Source of the DNA: Octopus bimaculoides
Lineage: Eukaryota
Assembly: GCF_001194135.2 (NCBI RefSeq)
Contig: NC_068982.1
Location: 92,661,708-92,703,842 of the forward strand
Direction of reading: 5' to 3'
DNA length: 42,135 nucleotides
The notes under the pieces are model-generated. The model was not told the origin of the DNA and ran no database searches. It was given only the letters and a program-made list of their open reading frames with translations. The stretch's first letter is position 1; each line of letters starts with the position of its first letter. A program made the translations under genes and the position numbers. Shown here piece after piece: positions 23,363-35,411 of the stretch.

Positions 23363-24720
23363 TACAGATATAGCCGCTTGTCTTTTTTTTTTTTTTTCAG
23401 AATCAAAATATTTTGGGCTACATTATGATTTTATTATAAAAATAGAAATATTAGGGTGAGAGAGAGAAAACAGAATACAAATTTAGCTCTGGGAGCATGA
23501 CAAGATTGTCGTATGTGGCAAGAAAATAAAAGTGTACGTATTTATAATTTGATATTTTGCATATTAAAAATATTTAAAATGGAAGTCGAATATTCAGTTA
23601 GCTTAATGTGTCTTGAAACTTAACTACCAATTTAATAGAGACAGCCAGCAAGTGATTCTGAAAAACTTGCATTTTTTAGGCAAGTCAGTTTGCCTGTACA
23701 CATTTTAATTTGTTACAGAGAGGTAAGTGAATGTGTGTACACACATACATATACAGTACTAAAGCAAAAAAACTACAAAAAAAAAACATAAAACAAAAAA
23801 AAACTTAAAATCTGTTGCAGAAGTCCATATGTACAAATCTGAGGGGGGTGGGGGTGGAAATAAAATAAACTAGAAAAAGCTCTTTTGACATATGTACAAA
23901 TATTCTGAGCACTTTTACCAGTTATTCAAGTTACTACTGCATATCTAATATACAGATATAACAATAATTTTTTGATTCTTGGACTACTTTAAGTTAGAGT
24001 TTACTTAAGAAAAAGCAGCATACATTATTTTTCAAATCTTTAAAAACCTAATTTAAAAATAGTGTAATTTCTGTATGTGGTGCTATTTAAGGATGACAAC
24101 TGGTTTTCAGCATATAAACCTTAGAAGGTTTATTACATTTGCTTGAAAGTTTCAGTGAAATGTAAGAGAAAGGAAGGTGTACTTCCCTATAGTATATTGT
24201 ATAATTTGTAAAATCAATCATGACAAAACTTAGTGAGAAATATAATTATTTTTATATGCTTCAGTCATCCAAATTAAATTCTACAAAAGTATATGGAAAT
24301 CCTAACTTATTTCTTATCTTGAATCTCAACTTTCAGACAACACAATGGAAGTTTACAGACACCACAGAACAAAAAGTGGTTTGGTTTAAATAAGAGTAGA
24401 ATAATCACACTAAATGCAAAATAAAAATTAATTTACAGAATTTTTTAAGCATCACATATTCATAATTTGAAAATTAGTTTGTCTGCAATATTTCTCAAAT
24501 GAGGTAACTGCAGATGCATTCATTCAATCAGATTGTCAGATATCCAAAATATTAAAAGAATACATACTGACAATTAAAACAAAAGTTCTTAGGATTATGA
24601 AATCCAATATTTATCACACAAGGACATGGTTTACGATAACAAATTATTTACAAGCCAAATATTACTAAATAATTTGAGAGGAAAACAAAAAGTGTTTATT
24701 AAGGTTCATTAAGCTTCTGT

Positions 24721-24844
24721 TTAGATATCCGACAAACTGTAACTCCGTTTAATGCCATGGCCTATTAATCTTGAAGATTTACACTTCTGTCCTAAACAGT
24801 TATCAGTTGGAATTTTACAGCAGCACTTTTTGGATTCTAGTTGC
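24721..24844 (-). CDS. WEE1: WEE1 kinase, last coding exon
   Basis: Acceptor ttttgtag. Encodes (K)QLESKKCCCKIPTDNCLGQKCKSSRLIGHGIKRSYSLSDI*, matching the Wee1 C-terminal RLIG..xxRSxSL motif. Confidence 0.9.
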
Positions 24845-25380
24845 CTACAAAAAAGGAAAAAAAGGAATCAGTAAGAAGTAAACAAAAACAGACCCCAATT
24901 ACCAACATATGCTATAGCTTCTATCTAATTTACATTAATTAAAAAAGATTCATATAGGATATGAGAAAAGATTAGATTACATTGACCTTATAACACACAC
25001 TAATACATACATCTAATATAAATGCAAAAACTAATTTGTGTGTCAGTGTGTTACACTTAGAAACCTCCTCTCTCACTATTCAATGACACTCCCATTATTC
25101 CTCATGATGTGGTGAGAGTATAGTAGGCATAGTGGCAATGAGGGCGGTGGCGAAGACAGAGGGAAAGAGAGAAAGAAATTTAGGGAGAGTTAATGTTTTA
25201 TTAAAAGTAGTAGTGTTGATGGTGGCAGTGGGAATAATAATAAAAAGAGAGCGAAAGAGAGGGAAATGATGTACAACTTTGTTTAACCATGCCTCTTTGA
25301 CAGAAATTCCTGTGGCCAACATACTGAACACCATTGTTGTTTTATTTTTTGATTTCTTTAATATATATATATTCATACAT

Positions 25381-25430
<50 letters not shown>

Positions 25431-25534
25431 TACACTTTAATTGAAATAAAGTTTCCCAAAATTAAACATATCTAATATAATAAATGCGAATGTCAGTGTG
25501 TCACAAATTTTCAACTTTAATAAATCCTTTCTAC

Positions 25535-25725
25535 TGGAAGGAAGAACAAGGCCTCAAATTTTTGGGGAAGGGATTAAGTCGATTACATTGACCCCAGTAT
25601 GTAGCTGGTACTAATTTTACTAATCCCCAAAAGGATGAAAGGCAAAGTTGACCTTGGTGGAATTCGAACTCAAAACCTAACGGCAGACGAAATACCGCTA
25701 AGCATTTTGCCTGGTGTGCTAATGA
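25535..25725 (-). mobile_element. SINE family A copy in WEE1 intron
   Basis: Reverse complement of the family consensus. Confidence 0.8.
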
Positions 25726-25983
25726 TTGGAACCACATGGCATGTAATGTTTGGTGTACCATAGCCAATCTCATCGCACACTTTAGCTATATTTGTATGGA
25801 TGCCCCTACATAAACTCATCCCTGATCAAGACAAATAGAAGAAAGCTAAGTAGCACTATGTAAACAATGCCAGAATACAAAAAGAAAAAAACAAACAAGC
25901 ACATCAAAACAATAATTATCACTTACAGAATAGGATTCAATATACTTAGTTTGTGTTTAAATAAAAAGAAACATCACACTTAC

Positions 25984-26129
25984 TTTGAGAGTAACCGGTT
26001 CCGAAGTTTTTCTTCATTTAATTCTTTGCAAAGTTGAGTTTTAGTTTTCATCGCTTGTGGACACAAAACTTGGCTTTTGGTGAGAGCAAATGCAGTTGGA
26101 CGATATTCTGCATTTACATGAACCATGGT
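25984..26129 (-). CDS. WEE1: WEE1 exon (kinase subdomain XI and coiled coil)
   Basis: ttcttag acceptor and gtaagt donor, 146 nt. Encodes TMVHVNAEYRPTAFALTKSQVLCPQAMKTKTQLCKELNEEKLRNRLLS. Confidence 0.92.
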
Positions 26130-26889
26130 CTAAGAATAGAAAATGTCAGACTTATCAAACATTTAATTTTATCATTGATGGGATAAAGCAAGCATTTGCA
26201 GCAGACATTATTAATATATTACATAACAGTTAGCTTAAACTGCCATCTTGTTCTCTTTGAGGACAAAATGGGAAAAACAAAAGAATTAAACACTCAAATA
26301 TATATAACTTTTGTGAAGGCTAAAAGTATCAGTGATGCAACAGTTACAACTGATAATTAAAGATTTTAATTAAATATCTTGAGAAACGAAATGATAAAAA
26401 GCGCAGAGTTTTGTATAGAATCCACAGCAGAAAATGACATTTCTTTCTCACTCATGAAGATCTACAATGGCTCATATAAGTTAATGTAGAAATTCACACA
26501 AAAGCTTTTAAAGGGATTATGAAGTTGGGACTTGTTCAAAGAAGCAGGTTTTGCTATTTAGCTCCAATTCAAGCTAGTTAAGCATCCTATCCATGGCCAC
26601 CTCGTTTCTAAAACAGTAGTAATTAATGTGTTCTTACCTTATTCAAGACACAGAGAGGGGTAATTAGTAGAAAATAAAGGGGGAAGGGATTATATTGAGA
26701 ATGAGGGATGGATTTTAAAAGGATGTCGTTCCAGGGAAAGGGGGAGATAACTTATAGCACAAAGAGAGGAATGAAATGTGCATATTCTGTGGTTATATGA
26801 TTATGGCAGCTGAATAGTGTAGTTAAATGAGAGGTGAGGAAAGGTTGATGAGGATAGACTGGGTTCAGGGACAGTGCCCAGTGAGTGTC

Positions 26890-27235
26890 TACATATAAAC
26901 ATAACACTTGTAGGACCTCATTGAGCCAGATGGATCTTCAGAGGCAATGTAAATTGCCAATCATCTCGTTCCTTTGTTATCTCCACGAGGCTCAACATCT
27001 TGAGATCAGCCTTCACTACTTCATCCCATGTATTCATGGGTTTCTCTATTCTTCAAGTTCCATCCAAATTTAGTGACTGGCACTTCTTTATAGAGCTGTT
27101 CTCATTCATATGCATCATATAAGCATACCAGCAGTCTTCCCTCTTGCACACTGATGTGGTACATCCAACTGAGCAGAAGACATCAATACAAATATCAATT
27201 CTTGTCAGTAATCTATCTCTTGGACATGCAGCCAT
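26890..27235 (-). mobile_element. RTE LINE 3' fragment
   Basis: WYAYMMHMNENSSIKKCQSLNLDGT...NTWDEVVKADLKML resembles the RTE ORF C-terminus. Confidence 0.7.
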
Positions 27236-27788
27236 CCATCAACACATACATGGAAAACCAAAGAAAACAAAAGTTTTGAAAGCAGAGCTCAAGAAGCTAA
27301 ACACCATAAAGGAGAAGGGAAAAGCTCATCGTGAAACACTGCATTAAAAAAGACTAATCCAAGTAGGGAAAATAGACATAAAAATGAGAAAGATAAAGAA
27401 GGAGAGCAAGCAACCATGTAGCCTGATCAGGAAAACTGCAATACTGGGCTTACCCCAAGAATAGCCTTTGGGAGTTATTTTAATTGAAGAATATATTTAA
27501 GGTTTGAAGACAAAACCTGATGATGCTTCTACAATAACAGAAGACCTATATTTATTTATGAGATATTGAAACAGCATGGTGTTATTTAAAATTCTGCGAG
27601 AAAGAGTTTGAATATTAATAGACAAAAAAAAAGTGTCTATGCTTTTGAGTGTAAACTTTATTTTTGCTTTTTTTTTTCTAGAATAAAACTGATGAGACAA
27701 CAGATTGCCTCAGTTATTTTATAAGAGATAACAAATGTACCATGTTTCATGCACAGTAGGGGATGCAAATAAAAGGAGAACCACTTAC

Positions 27789-27896
27789 ATTTAACAGCTT
27801 ATTAAATTCAGCAGAGTAATGTGATAAATATGGCAAACCATCTTCTCGAATACTGTGCCAAAGATCACCATTCTTTGGTAAAGGACCACCACCACC
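27789..27896 (-). CDS. WEE1: WEE1 exon (subdomain X)
   Basis: tttcag acceptor and gtaagt donor, 108 nt. Encodes GGGGPLPKNGDLWHSIREDGLPYLSHYSAEFNKLLN. Confidence 0.95.
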
Positions 27897-29139
27897 CTGA
27901 AATAAAAGACACACAAGAATAGTTACAATCCGATGATTTGAGATATTTGGTGTCATCCTATCTTCTTCAAAACCTATTTCAAGCAAAATTATTCTCAAAG
28001 AGATTGTAAATGAGTAAACCGACTTTAATTACTGGTATTTATCCTATGAAGATTTGAATACAAAAAAAACAAAAACTAAAAAAATCTATTAGGCATTTAG
28101 TTTGATGCGTTAACTGCTCTTCCCCCCTTCAGTAAGAATATCAGTTCTATATAGAATAATGGAAGATTTCATTTTTCTACATTTATTTTAACGCAATTTC
28201 AGAATATTGCAGTTCTTTCTTGGTTATTTTGCTATACTAGAACTGGTGCATACTTGGAAATATTTGCAACTGTGGTTACTACATAAACAATACTAAGGTG
28301 AACACTGATAAAACACCACTGTTGCTGCTAATCCTTAAATATCTTGATCATTCAACAGTTTTAAAAACAAAAGAAACATTGTTACTACTCTTTTCTCCCA
28401 ACGGTTTGAAATTAGAAAAAGTAAAAAGCTCATACACTATCGTAGAAATATAATAAATCTTAGTTTGTTAGTAATTAAATTTTGTTTTTCTTGACCATAT
28501 ATATTTTATACATTTGCACTCTTAACCATTCTAAATGAAGCTAACAGACCCTACCTTCAGAGAAAGAGAGAGATCGATCTAGCTCTCACAACAGACATAC
28601 TGAGTTTAGTGTTAAACCAAGTAGTACTGTATTCAAGTAAAAGATAGGTATTATTATCATATGGAAGCATTACATTCCTGAAAATCTTGCTGTTCTAAGT
28701 AGTTCCATAACTCAAAAAATGTAATATGGCAGTTCGTTTTCCTTTTTAATGCTTTAGAAGAAAAAAAAATTTATCTTAGATGGTGTCTCAAATATCTCCA
28801 AACATCCATCCTAAACTTATAGATGATAGGAACTTACTGTGAGTTTTTCTTTATCACTACTACTAGACTCATGGAAGCATTTCAGGTTACCAATACAAGC
28901 CACTTACAAAGTATCACCACTGCCTGTAGCTGTGATATGTTAACTCTGCATGGTATCTATTTATAGCTAAATAGACACAGCCATTTGAAGTTAAAATTGT
29001 GGTACTGATGACTATACAAACTGATTCTTTATTACTCAAACACATTTATGTTTCTAATAAAAAAATTGGAAGAACTTGTGTAAAACAGCTTTTATCAATG
29101 GGTTATGATAATGTCACAAGGAAAGAGTCCACAACTTAC

Positions 29140-29285
29140 CATTTCATAAGCAGTAAGTCCTAATGAGAAGATATCAGCCTTGTATAAATTCCTAAAATCT
29201 TCAGCTAAAATTTCTTTTGGGAGATAATGACAGTCCCCTTCTTCGACTCTAGGATTTGAAACTTTCGTAACATGCCCTAAATCTC
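29140..29285 (-). CDS. WEE1: WEE1 exon (subdomains VII-IX)
   Basis: ctccag acceptor and gtaagt donor, 146 nt. Encodes (G)[48 protein letters not shown], with the Wee1 DLG and EEGD motifs. Confidence 0.97.
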
Positions 29286-29965
29286 CTGGAGAATACAATA
29301 TAATGGAATAGTCAATTGTATTATATTAGAAGCAACAATCTATGAAGAACAAAATAAATAAATAAATAAAAAAAACTTCACCACTGACCAACTAAGAAAA
29401 CATTACATAACTAATACTATAAAAATAGTCACTTAGCTTTTAAGGATTAGAATAATGACCATTTCCAAGAATTTTTTTTTTAGGTATTAATAAATCAAGA
29501 GAAAGTGTAACACCCATGACTCAAGCTCAGAGCCACCAAGAAGGGAGAAAGTTATCCCCTGTCCAGACAGAGACTTGGCCTGAATGTTTGCAAGAGTGGA
29601 CTCTGGGAACTGTCCATTTGATGAACTTCTACACTGTTTCTGTCAACCAAATTTTATTCACAAGACTTTGCTTGACTTGTTAGAAGACAGCTTTCCAAAA
29701 TGATGCACTATGAGATTGAAAAAACTCCACATGACTGCAAAAGCAAACTCTGCAAACCACAATAATTGAACTAAAGTTTGTTGAATTAAATCTCCTGCTC
29801 AGAAACATGATGGACTGTCTGGCACATTTGAAATAATTCATTAGCTGGTGATCCAAAGAGTGGGGGTGACAGGGTCAGTATTCTAATAAAAAAAACAACT
29901 CAACCATCACATCACATACACGACCAAGCCACCAGTTAGCTCTACAGTTAACCAAAGCTATACTG

Positions 29966-29969
<4 letters not shown>

Positions 29970-30006
<37 letters not shown>
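29970..30006 (+). repeat. (AAT)n microsatellite
   Basis: Seen directly. Confidence 0.95.
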
Positions 30007-30007
<1 letters not shown>

Positions 30008-30220
30008 CATCGTTTAACGTCCGCTTTCCATGCTAGCATGGGTTGAACGATTTGACTGAGGACTGGCAAGCCAGAAGGCTGCACCAGGCACCAATCTGAT
30101 TTGGCAGAGTTTCTACAGCTGGATGCACTTCCTAACGCCAACCACTCCGAGAGTGTAGTGGGTGCTTTTCGTGCCATCGGCACGAGGGCCAGTCACACGG
30201 TACTGGCAACGGCCACACTC
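30007..30220 (+). mobile_element. Short interspersed repeat, same family as 5320-5466
   Basis: catcgtttaacgtccgctttccatgctagcatggg...ctacagctggatgcacttcctaacgccaaccac. Confidence 0.8.
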
Positions 30221-30471
30221 AAAAAAGTGTTTTTTAACATTGCCAAATTGGTTTGCAGCATAAAGTTCAATTCTACTAGTAGAAAAAGTTACTTGTATTG
30301 GACTGTCATCTTTGTCGTTATGTTTAAAACTAGGAGGACACTGGAAAGAAGCACCGCTCCAGAGAGTCTCATGATTAGGAAAAAAAAAAAGCCTAACTTT
30401 TAACAATATAATATCTACTCTACAAAATATTCGCAATAAGATTACTTTTGCTATAACTCAACAGTACATAC

Positions 30472-30570
30472 CTATTTTATAGGTGATTTGAGGAGAGAAA
30501 TCTGGATCATCTTCGCTACATGATTCTGTCCCACTTTCAACTGTTTCTTCTTTGTGGACAAAAATATTGC
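30472..30570 (-). CDS. WEE1: WEE1 exon (catalytic-loop Asn and acidic kinase insert)
   Basis: attttag acceptor and gtatgt donor, 99 nt, phase 1-1. Encodes (G)NIFVHKEETVESGTESCSEDDPDFSPQITYKI. It is absent from the ORF track. Confidence 0.95.
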   Translation of the reverse strand, partial: AIFLSTKKKQLKVGQNHVAKMIQISLLKSPIK

Positions 30571-30744
30571 CTAAAATAATAAAAGCCCATGAAAATTTAA
30601 AATATAAACAATACAAAACAGAAATTAGAACAAATTTACATGCCCATTAGTACTTTTGAGGAAGGGTGATACTCACAACCTATTCTAGGCAAAAGTTAGG
30701 GATAACTGGAAGAAGTTTAGTGTAAGACACCTGACAACTTAAAT

Positions 30745-31030
30745 CCATCACCATCGTTTAATGTCCGTTTTCCATGCTGGCAAGGGTTGGACGGTTTGAT
30801 TGGGGACTGGCAAGCCAGGAGGCTGCACCAGGTTCCAGTCTAATCTGGCAATGTTTCTACAGCTGGATGCCCTTCCTAATGCCAACCACTACAAGAGAGT
30901 AGTGGGTGTTTTTTACATACCACTGGCACGAGAGCCAGTCAGGCAGCACTGGCAACAACCACGCATGAATGGTACGTATTGCATGCCACCAGCACAGGAG
31001 TCAGTCAGACGGCACTGGCAATGGCCACAA
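30745..31030 (+). mobile_element. Short interspersed repeat, same family as 30007-30220
   Basis: catcgtttaatgtccgttttccatgctgg...ctacagctggatgcccttcctaatgccaacc. Confidence 0.8.
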
Positions 31031-31089
31031 CTACTATTTCCATTTGATTTGATTTTCATTTTACTTGATTCAAAGGTACTTTTTAAATG

Positions 31090-32160
31090 AGTTAGTTATG
31101 TGACACTTGTGTAGGTTACAGCTGTCATCTCACTTTACTTGCCGGGTCTTCTCAATCATAGCATATCTCCAGAGGTCTCAGTCTTTCGTCATTGCCTCTG
31201 TGAGGCCCAATGTTCGAAGGTCATGCCATGTCTTCCTTGGTCTCTTCCACTGTTAGGGAGTGACACTTCTTCACACAGCTCTCCTCATTGATACGGAGCA
31301 CATGACCATACCAGCGCAGTTATCTCTTTTGCACACCACATCTGATGCTTCTTAGGTCCAACATTTCTCTCAGTGTGCTTACACTGTCGTGTGTGCACAC
31401 TGACATTACACATCCAGTGGATCATACTAGCTTCATTTCTTTCAAGCCTATGCATGTCTTCATGTTTCACTGCCATGTAGCATAGCTGTTCACACACATG
31501 CATCATACAATCTACCTTTCACTCTGGGCGAGAGGCCCGTTATCACCAGTAGAAGTAGGAGCTTTCTGAACTTGCCCAGGTTATTCTTATTCTAGTGACA
31601 ACGCTCTCTGAGCATCCACCCCACTACAGACTTGGTCACCTAGGTAGTGGAAGGTATCAACTCCTTCTAGTTTTTCCCCCTGGCATGTGATGGAATCAGT
31701 TTTCTGAGCATCTGCAGTGTTTATTGCTTGTGTATCTGCCGCACATAAAAACTATCTTCCCAGTTAACCTTCCTTTGATGTCGCTGTACCTCTTATGAGT
31801 CCATAGCTTACACTGGGTAGATCTTATGGAGTTTGTGATGTGTTCGCCTTCCTACTTACTAGGGCTTTGGTTTTTGCAGCACTGACTCTAAGGGCCTTTG
31901 ATTCTAAACCTTTCTTCCACACCTGAAATTTCTTCTCTAGTTCTGGTAGTAATTCTGCTATGAGAGCAAGGTCATCAGCATAAAGGAGCTCCCATGGGGC
32001 AACCTGTCTTGAATTCCTGTTATTGCCTGGAGGACTGTGATGATTAAGAGGGGGCTGATGGCTGATCTTTGGTGAGCCCCTACTTCTACCCGAAATTCTT
32101 CACTATACTCATTGCCTTACTAATGGCAGCCCTGTACAGCTCTTATTAACCACTCGTCAA
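31090..32160 (-). mobile_element. Decayed RTE LINE reverse transcriptase fragment
   Basis: Minus strand gives FRVEVGAHQRSAISPL, WELLYADDLALIAELLPELEKKFQVWKKGLESK, FHYLGDQV and HRLERNEASMIHWMC. It contains the YADD motif plus stops and frameshifts. Confidence 0.9.
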
Positions 32161-33082
32161 TCCCTAGTTTCTGCATCGCCCACCAAATAAGGGATCGGGA
32201 GGGGCCCTGTCAAAAGTGGGTGGGAAGGAATAAGAGAATAGTATGAAAAATATTTAGCCAACATGAAACAGAGGGAACAAGTAAGGGTTAATTTAGAGAG
32301 ATGGTACAAAAAAATATGTAACCAACTTGAGAGCACAGGAGGGAAGGAGAGATTTCCCTTAGAAAATTACATGAAGAATTAAGGTGAAACGAAGGCTGTG
32401 AGAGAGAGAAAGAGAGAGATTAGGAAGTTATATATTGAAGGGTCAATTTAAATAATTAGCTTACGAAAGTAGATATTAGCAAATAGTACACATTAAAAAG
32501 TATTAATAGTAAATGAATGCGTGAATAGATAAAAAAAAAACAGAGAATATCTTAGCTTAGCAATGCATAACTGGGCATCTAAGAAGCATCTACGTTGGAA
32601 TGAATTGCATGAAAAACAATGTGAATAAATATAATTTCACTTCTGTATAGCAAATAACATCTGAAGAGGAATTTATGTTTTTATAGAGCTGTACATTTTT
32701 ATACAAGTGAACTTATTGCTGGGTGCCACAGCTCAACTTGTATTGTACAGGTTGGTTGCTGTTGAGATGGAAAGATGGGCAGTATGTCTATTCCAGGAGT
32801 CAGTTCTGAGGAAGAAAAGATCGAGGAGGGTGTAGATTAGAAACTGAGACCCTGTGAGATGAGTGAAGTGGTGAGACAAGAAGGAGCAAAAGTTTAGAGT
32901 ATCAAAATAGTATCAGTATAAAGAGACGAGAAAGGATAGAGTAAAGTGACTGGTGGTTACAAAATGTGGATAGTTGAAAGGACAGTATTGAGTGAGGGAA
33001 TGGAGAAAAGATGCTCTCCTTCTGAGGTGTGTGTTGCTGAATATTATCTCTGTAAAGAAATCATAAAGAATTTCATACATAC

Positions 33083-33211
33083 CTGGTTTTATGTCGAGGT
33101 GGATTAAACCTTTAGAATGTATGTATTTAAGTCCATTAGCAATTTGAAATATGATGTGCTTTAAATTTCTTTCTGATGCTGGTTTCTGAACAGCTTCTGC
33201 TAAATTGCCAC
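33083..33211 (-). CDS. WEE1: WEE1 exon (alphaD-alphaE to catalytic loop)
   Basis: ctttag acceptor and gtatgt donor, 129 nt. Encodes (G)GNLAEAVQKPASERNLKHIIFQIANGLKYIHSKGLIHLDIKP. Confidence 0.97.
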
Positions 33212-33864
33212 CTAAAGAAAGATAAAATTAACTGAAGTATTCCTGGCTAAAATGCATGTTTATGTCAATACAAAGAAAAAATGATCTCATTTTCCAAAGA
33301 AAGAAGAAAAAAAATGAAGTGTGGTAAATAAAGGTGCTATACTGTTCCTAGATGATGCTTGAATTCAAACATTTCACCTGCTATCATGTAGCAACTCTGG
33401 GTATGATTGGTAATTACTTGTCCCACAATACCAATCTGACAAGTATCATACTTCAAAGTTGTCTTAGCATGGAAAAGAATGGAAGGAAAGCGATAAAATG
33501 ACAAGGTGGCAGTAGCTGTTCTTAGCCCCAGGCAAGCCTTGCTCAACAAACCTATGAATAAAGGTATTCCAACTGTGACTATGTTGCCTTTTTGTTTTCA
33601 GATATATCAAGGGCTATTCAATATGTCCTTCTTTTGTTAAGACCTCAAGGTGTGATTCAATGGTAGTTTGGCTGCTAACTAAAGCATGTTAAGAAACTAT
33701 ACAAAAAGCTCCCTCAGACTCGAGATAGCAGGTAGTTATATGACACTCAGTGATGACTATTATTAATGACACTTTTAATGAGACAATATTGTGGCTTAAA
33801 TAGGATGAAAGAATCTCCATCAACCAACTGCTACATTTATGAAATGAAACTAGCATCCACTTAC

Positions 33865-33986
33865 CATTGCAAAATTCATTTTGTATATACATATGGTCAT
33901 CTTCTGCCCAAGCTGAATAATAGCGGACAACATGGCGATGCTGTCCTAACACTGCATGTGCATAAACTTCATTCAAAGCAACACGT
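33865..33986 (-). CDS. WEE1: WEE1 exon (alphaC to hinge)
   Basis: ttgtacag acceptor and gtaagt donor, 122 nt. Encodes [40 protein letters not shown], a highly diagnostic Wee1 sequence. Confidence 0.98.
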
Positions 33987-35119
33987 CTGTACAAAAAAAT
34001 AAGTAGGAGATTTAGCATATATATAGCTTTATATTTAATCTTCAGAAGAAAAGAAATTAAAACTTGTAAAGAAAACTAATTACTGAAATGAATGGGTCAA
34101 AGGTTCTAGAGGCAGAGGGAATGTTGTTTTGTAAATATAATGAAAACATCTCTGAAACCAGAAGAGCTTTGAAAAACAAGAAAACTGAGTAATCAGTTTT
34201 ATGGATGAAAGAGATAAATCATAATACTCTTATAGCAAGTAGCAGTCTCAGATGATCTGATATCAATTCTGAACAACTAGATGAAATGAAAAGAACATAA
34301 AATAATTCTTAGAAATACAAGGAAACACTGGCAGCAGGTTTGAACACACAAGCTGCAAACAGACAGTCCAATATATTATCCACTTGACCATTTGGTCTCG
34401 ATAAAACTTGATATTTATAAGGCAAGGGGTAGATATGAACAACTATCTCTTAGGCTGAAAAGCCAGCATTATCAAATTATTAATTTGGACAATAGTAGCA
34501 ACACAAATATAGTCATAGTACTAAGACTATTGGCCTCTGCCTAGCCATGCAAAGCCAGAATGGCAGAGAAGGTTCATCAAACCAGTATGATCACAAGCTC
34601 AAATTCACAGCCTTCACATAACTGTTGGTGGAGAGAACATGCTGAGAATTTTGTCTGGCAGTGGACTGAGCATAGGCAAACCAATCCAATCCAATCCAAG
34701 GTTATTGTAGTATGCTCTTAAACAAGGTATATAACTCTTAGTTTCAACTTAAGACTGCCAAAATCACCCACAAGATTTTCAAAAAATAAATTTTGTTAGT
34801 TTTAATATAAGAATATTTTCATGAAAATTGTATTCGAAACATCACTTTAATATTTCAACAACAATGTCCATAAATTTTGCAGACTGTCCACCTGACCAGT
34901 GAGATGATAGTTGATGATCAACTTGAACATCTTTAAGTCAATGTCTACAGTAAAAAAGAAAAAGTGCAAAAGGACCCCCCATATGGTTGCATTTCTAAGA
35001 AAGGACTCAAAATGTTTTACTGCGAGACACAGTAACACAATAATTATCTTTGTTTTAAAAAAAATTACAAAAAATTATTTCAGCAGTTATTCATAACAAT
35101 GATTAATTTGAACACTTAC

Positions 35120-35289
35120 TCGTATTGACTGCCAGCAACTGGCATCTTGGACTTTTTAATTGCATATATACAACCATCAAGCCTATTAACACATTTGTAG
35201 GCACTACCAAATTCGCCATCACCGAGTTTACAAACTTCAAAAAACTCTTCTTTATATCTTGAAGTACTAATTTCACGCAAAGCCAATTT
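35120..35289 (-). CDS. WEE1: WEE1 exon (start of kinase domain, Gly loop, AIK lysine)
   Basis: ccctag acceptor and gtaagt donor, 170 nt. Encodes KLALREISTSRYKEEFFEVCKLGDGEFGSAYKCVNRLDGCIYAIKKSKMPVAGSQY. Confidence 0.97.
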
Positions 35290-35411
35290 CTAGGGAGGTA
35301 AGAAAAAGAAAAAAAAAGCAACTGAAAAATTGTAACAAATAAACTGAATGCATTCAACAATGCTTAATCCACAAATACAAATGAAAGGTATTTTGGAAAG
35401 GGTGACCTTAC

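Noticed and set aside
29285-33083. Apparent loss of the catalytic-loop Asn if the HLDIKP exon spliced directly to the DLG exon
   Set aside because: The missing 99-nt exon was found at 30472-30570, restoring HLDIKPGN. Skipping it would be in frame, but there is no evidence that this happens.
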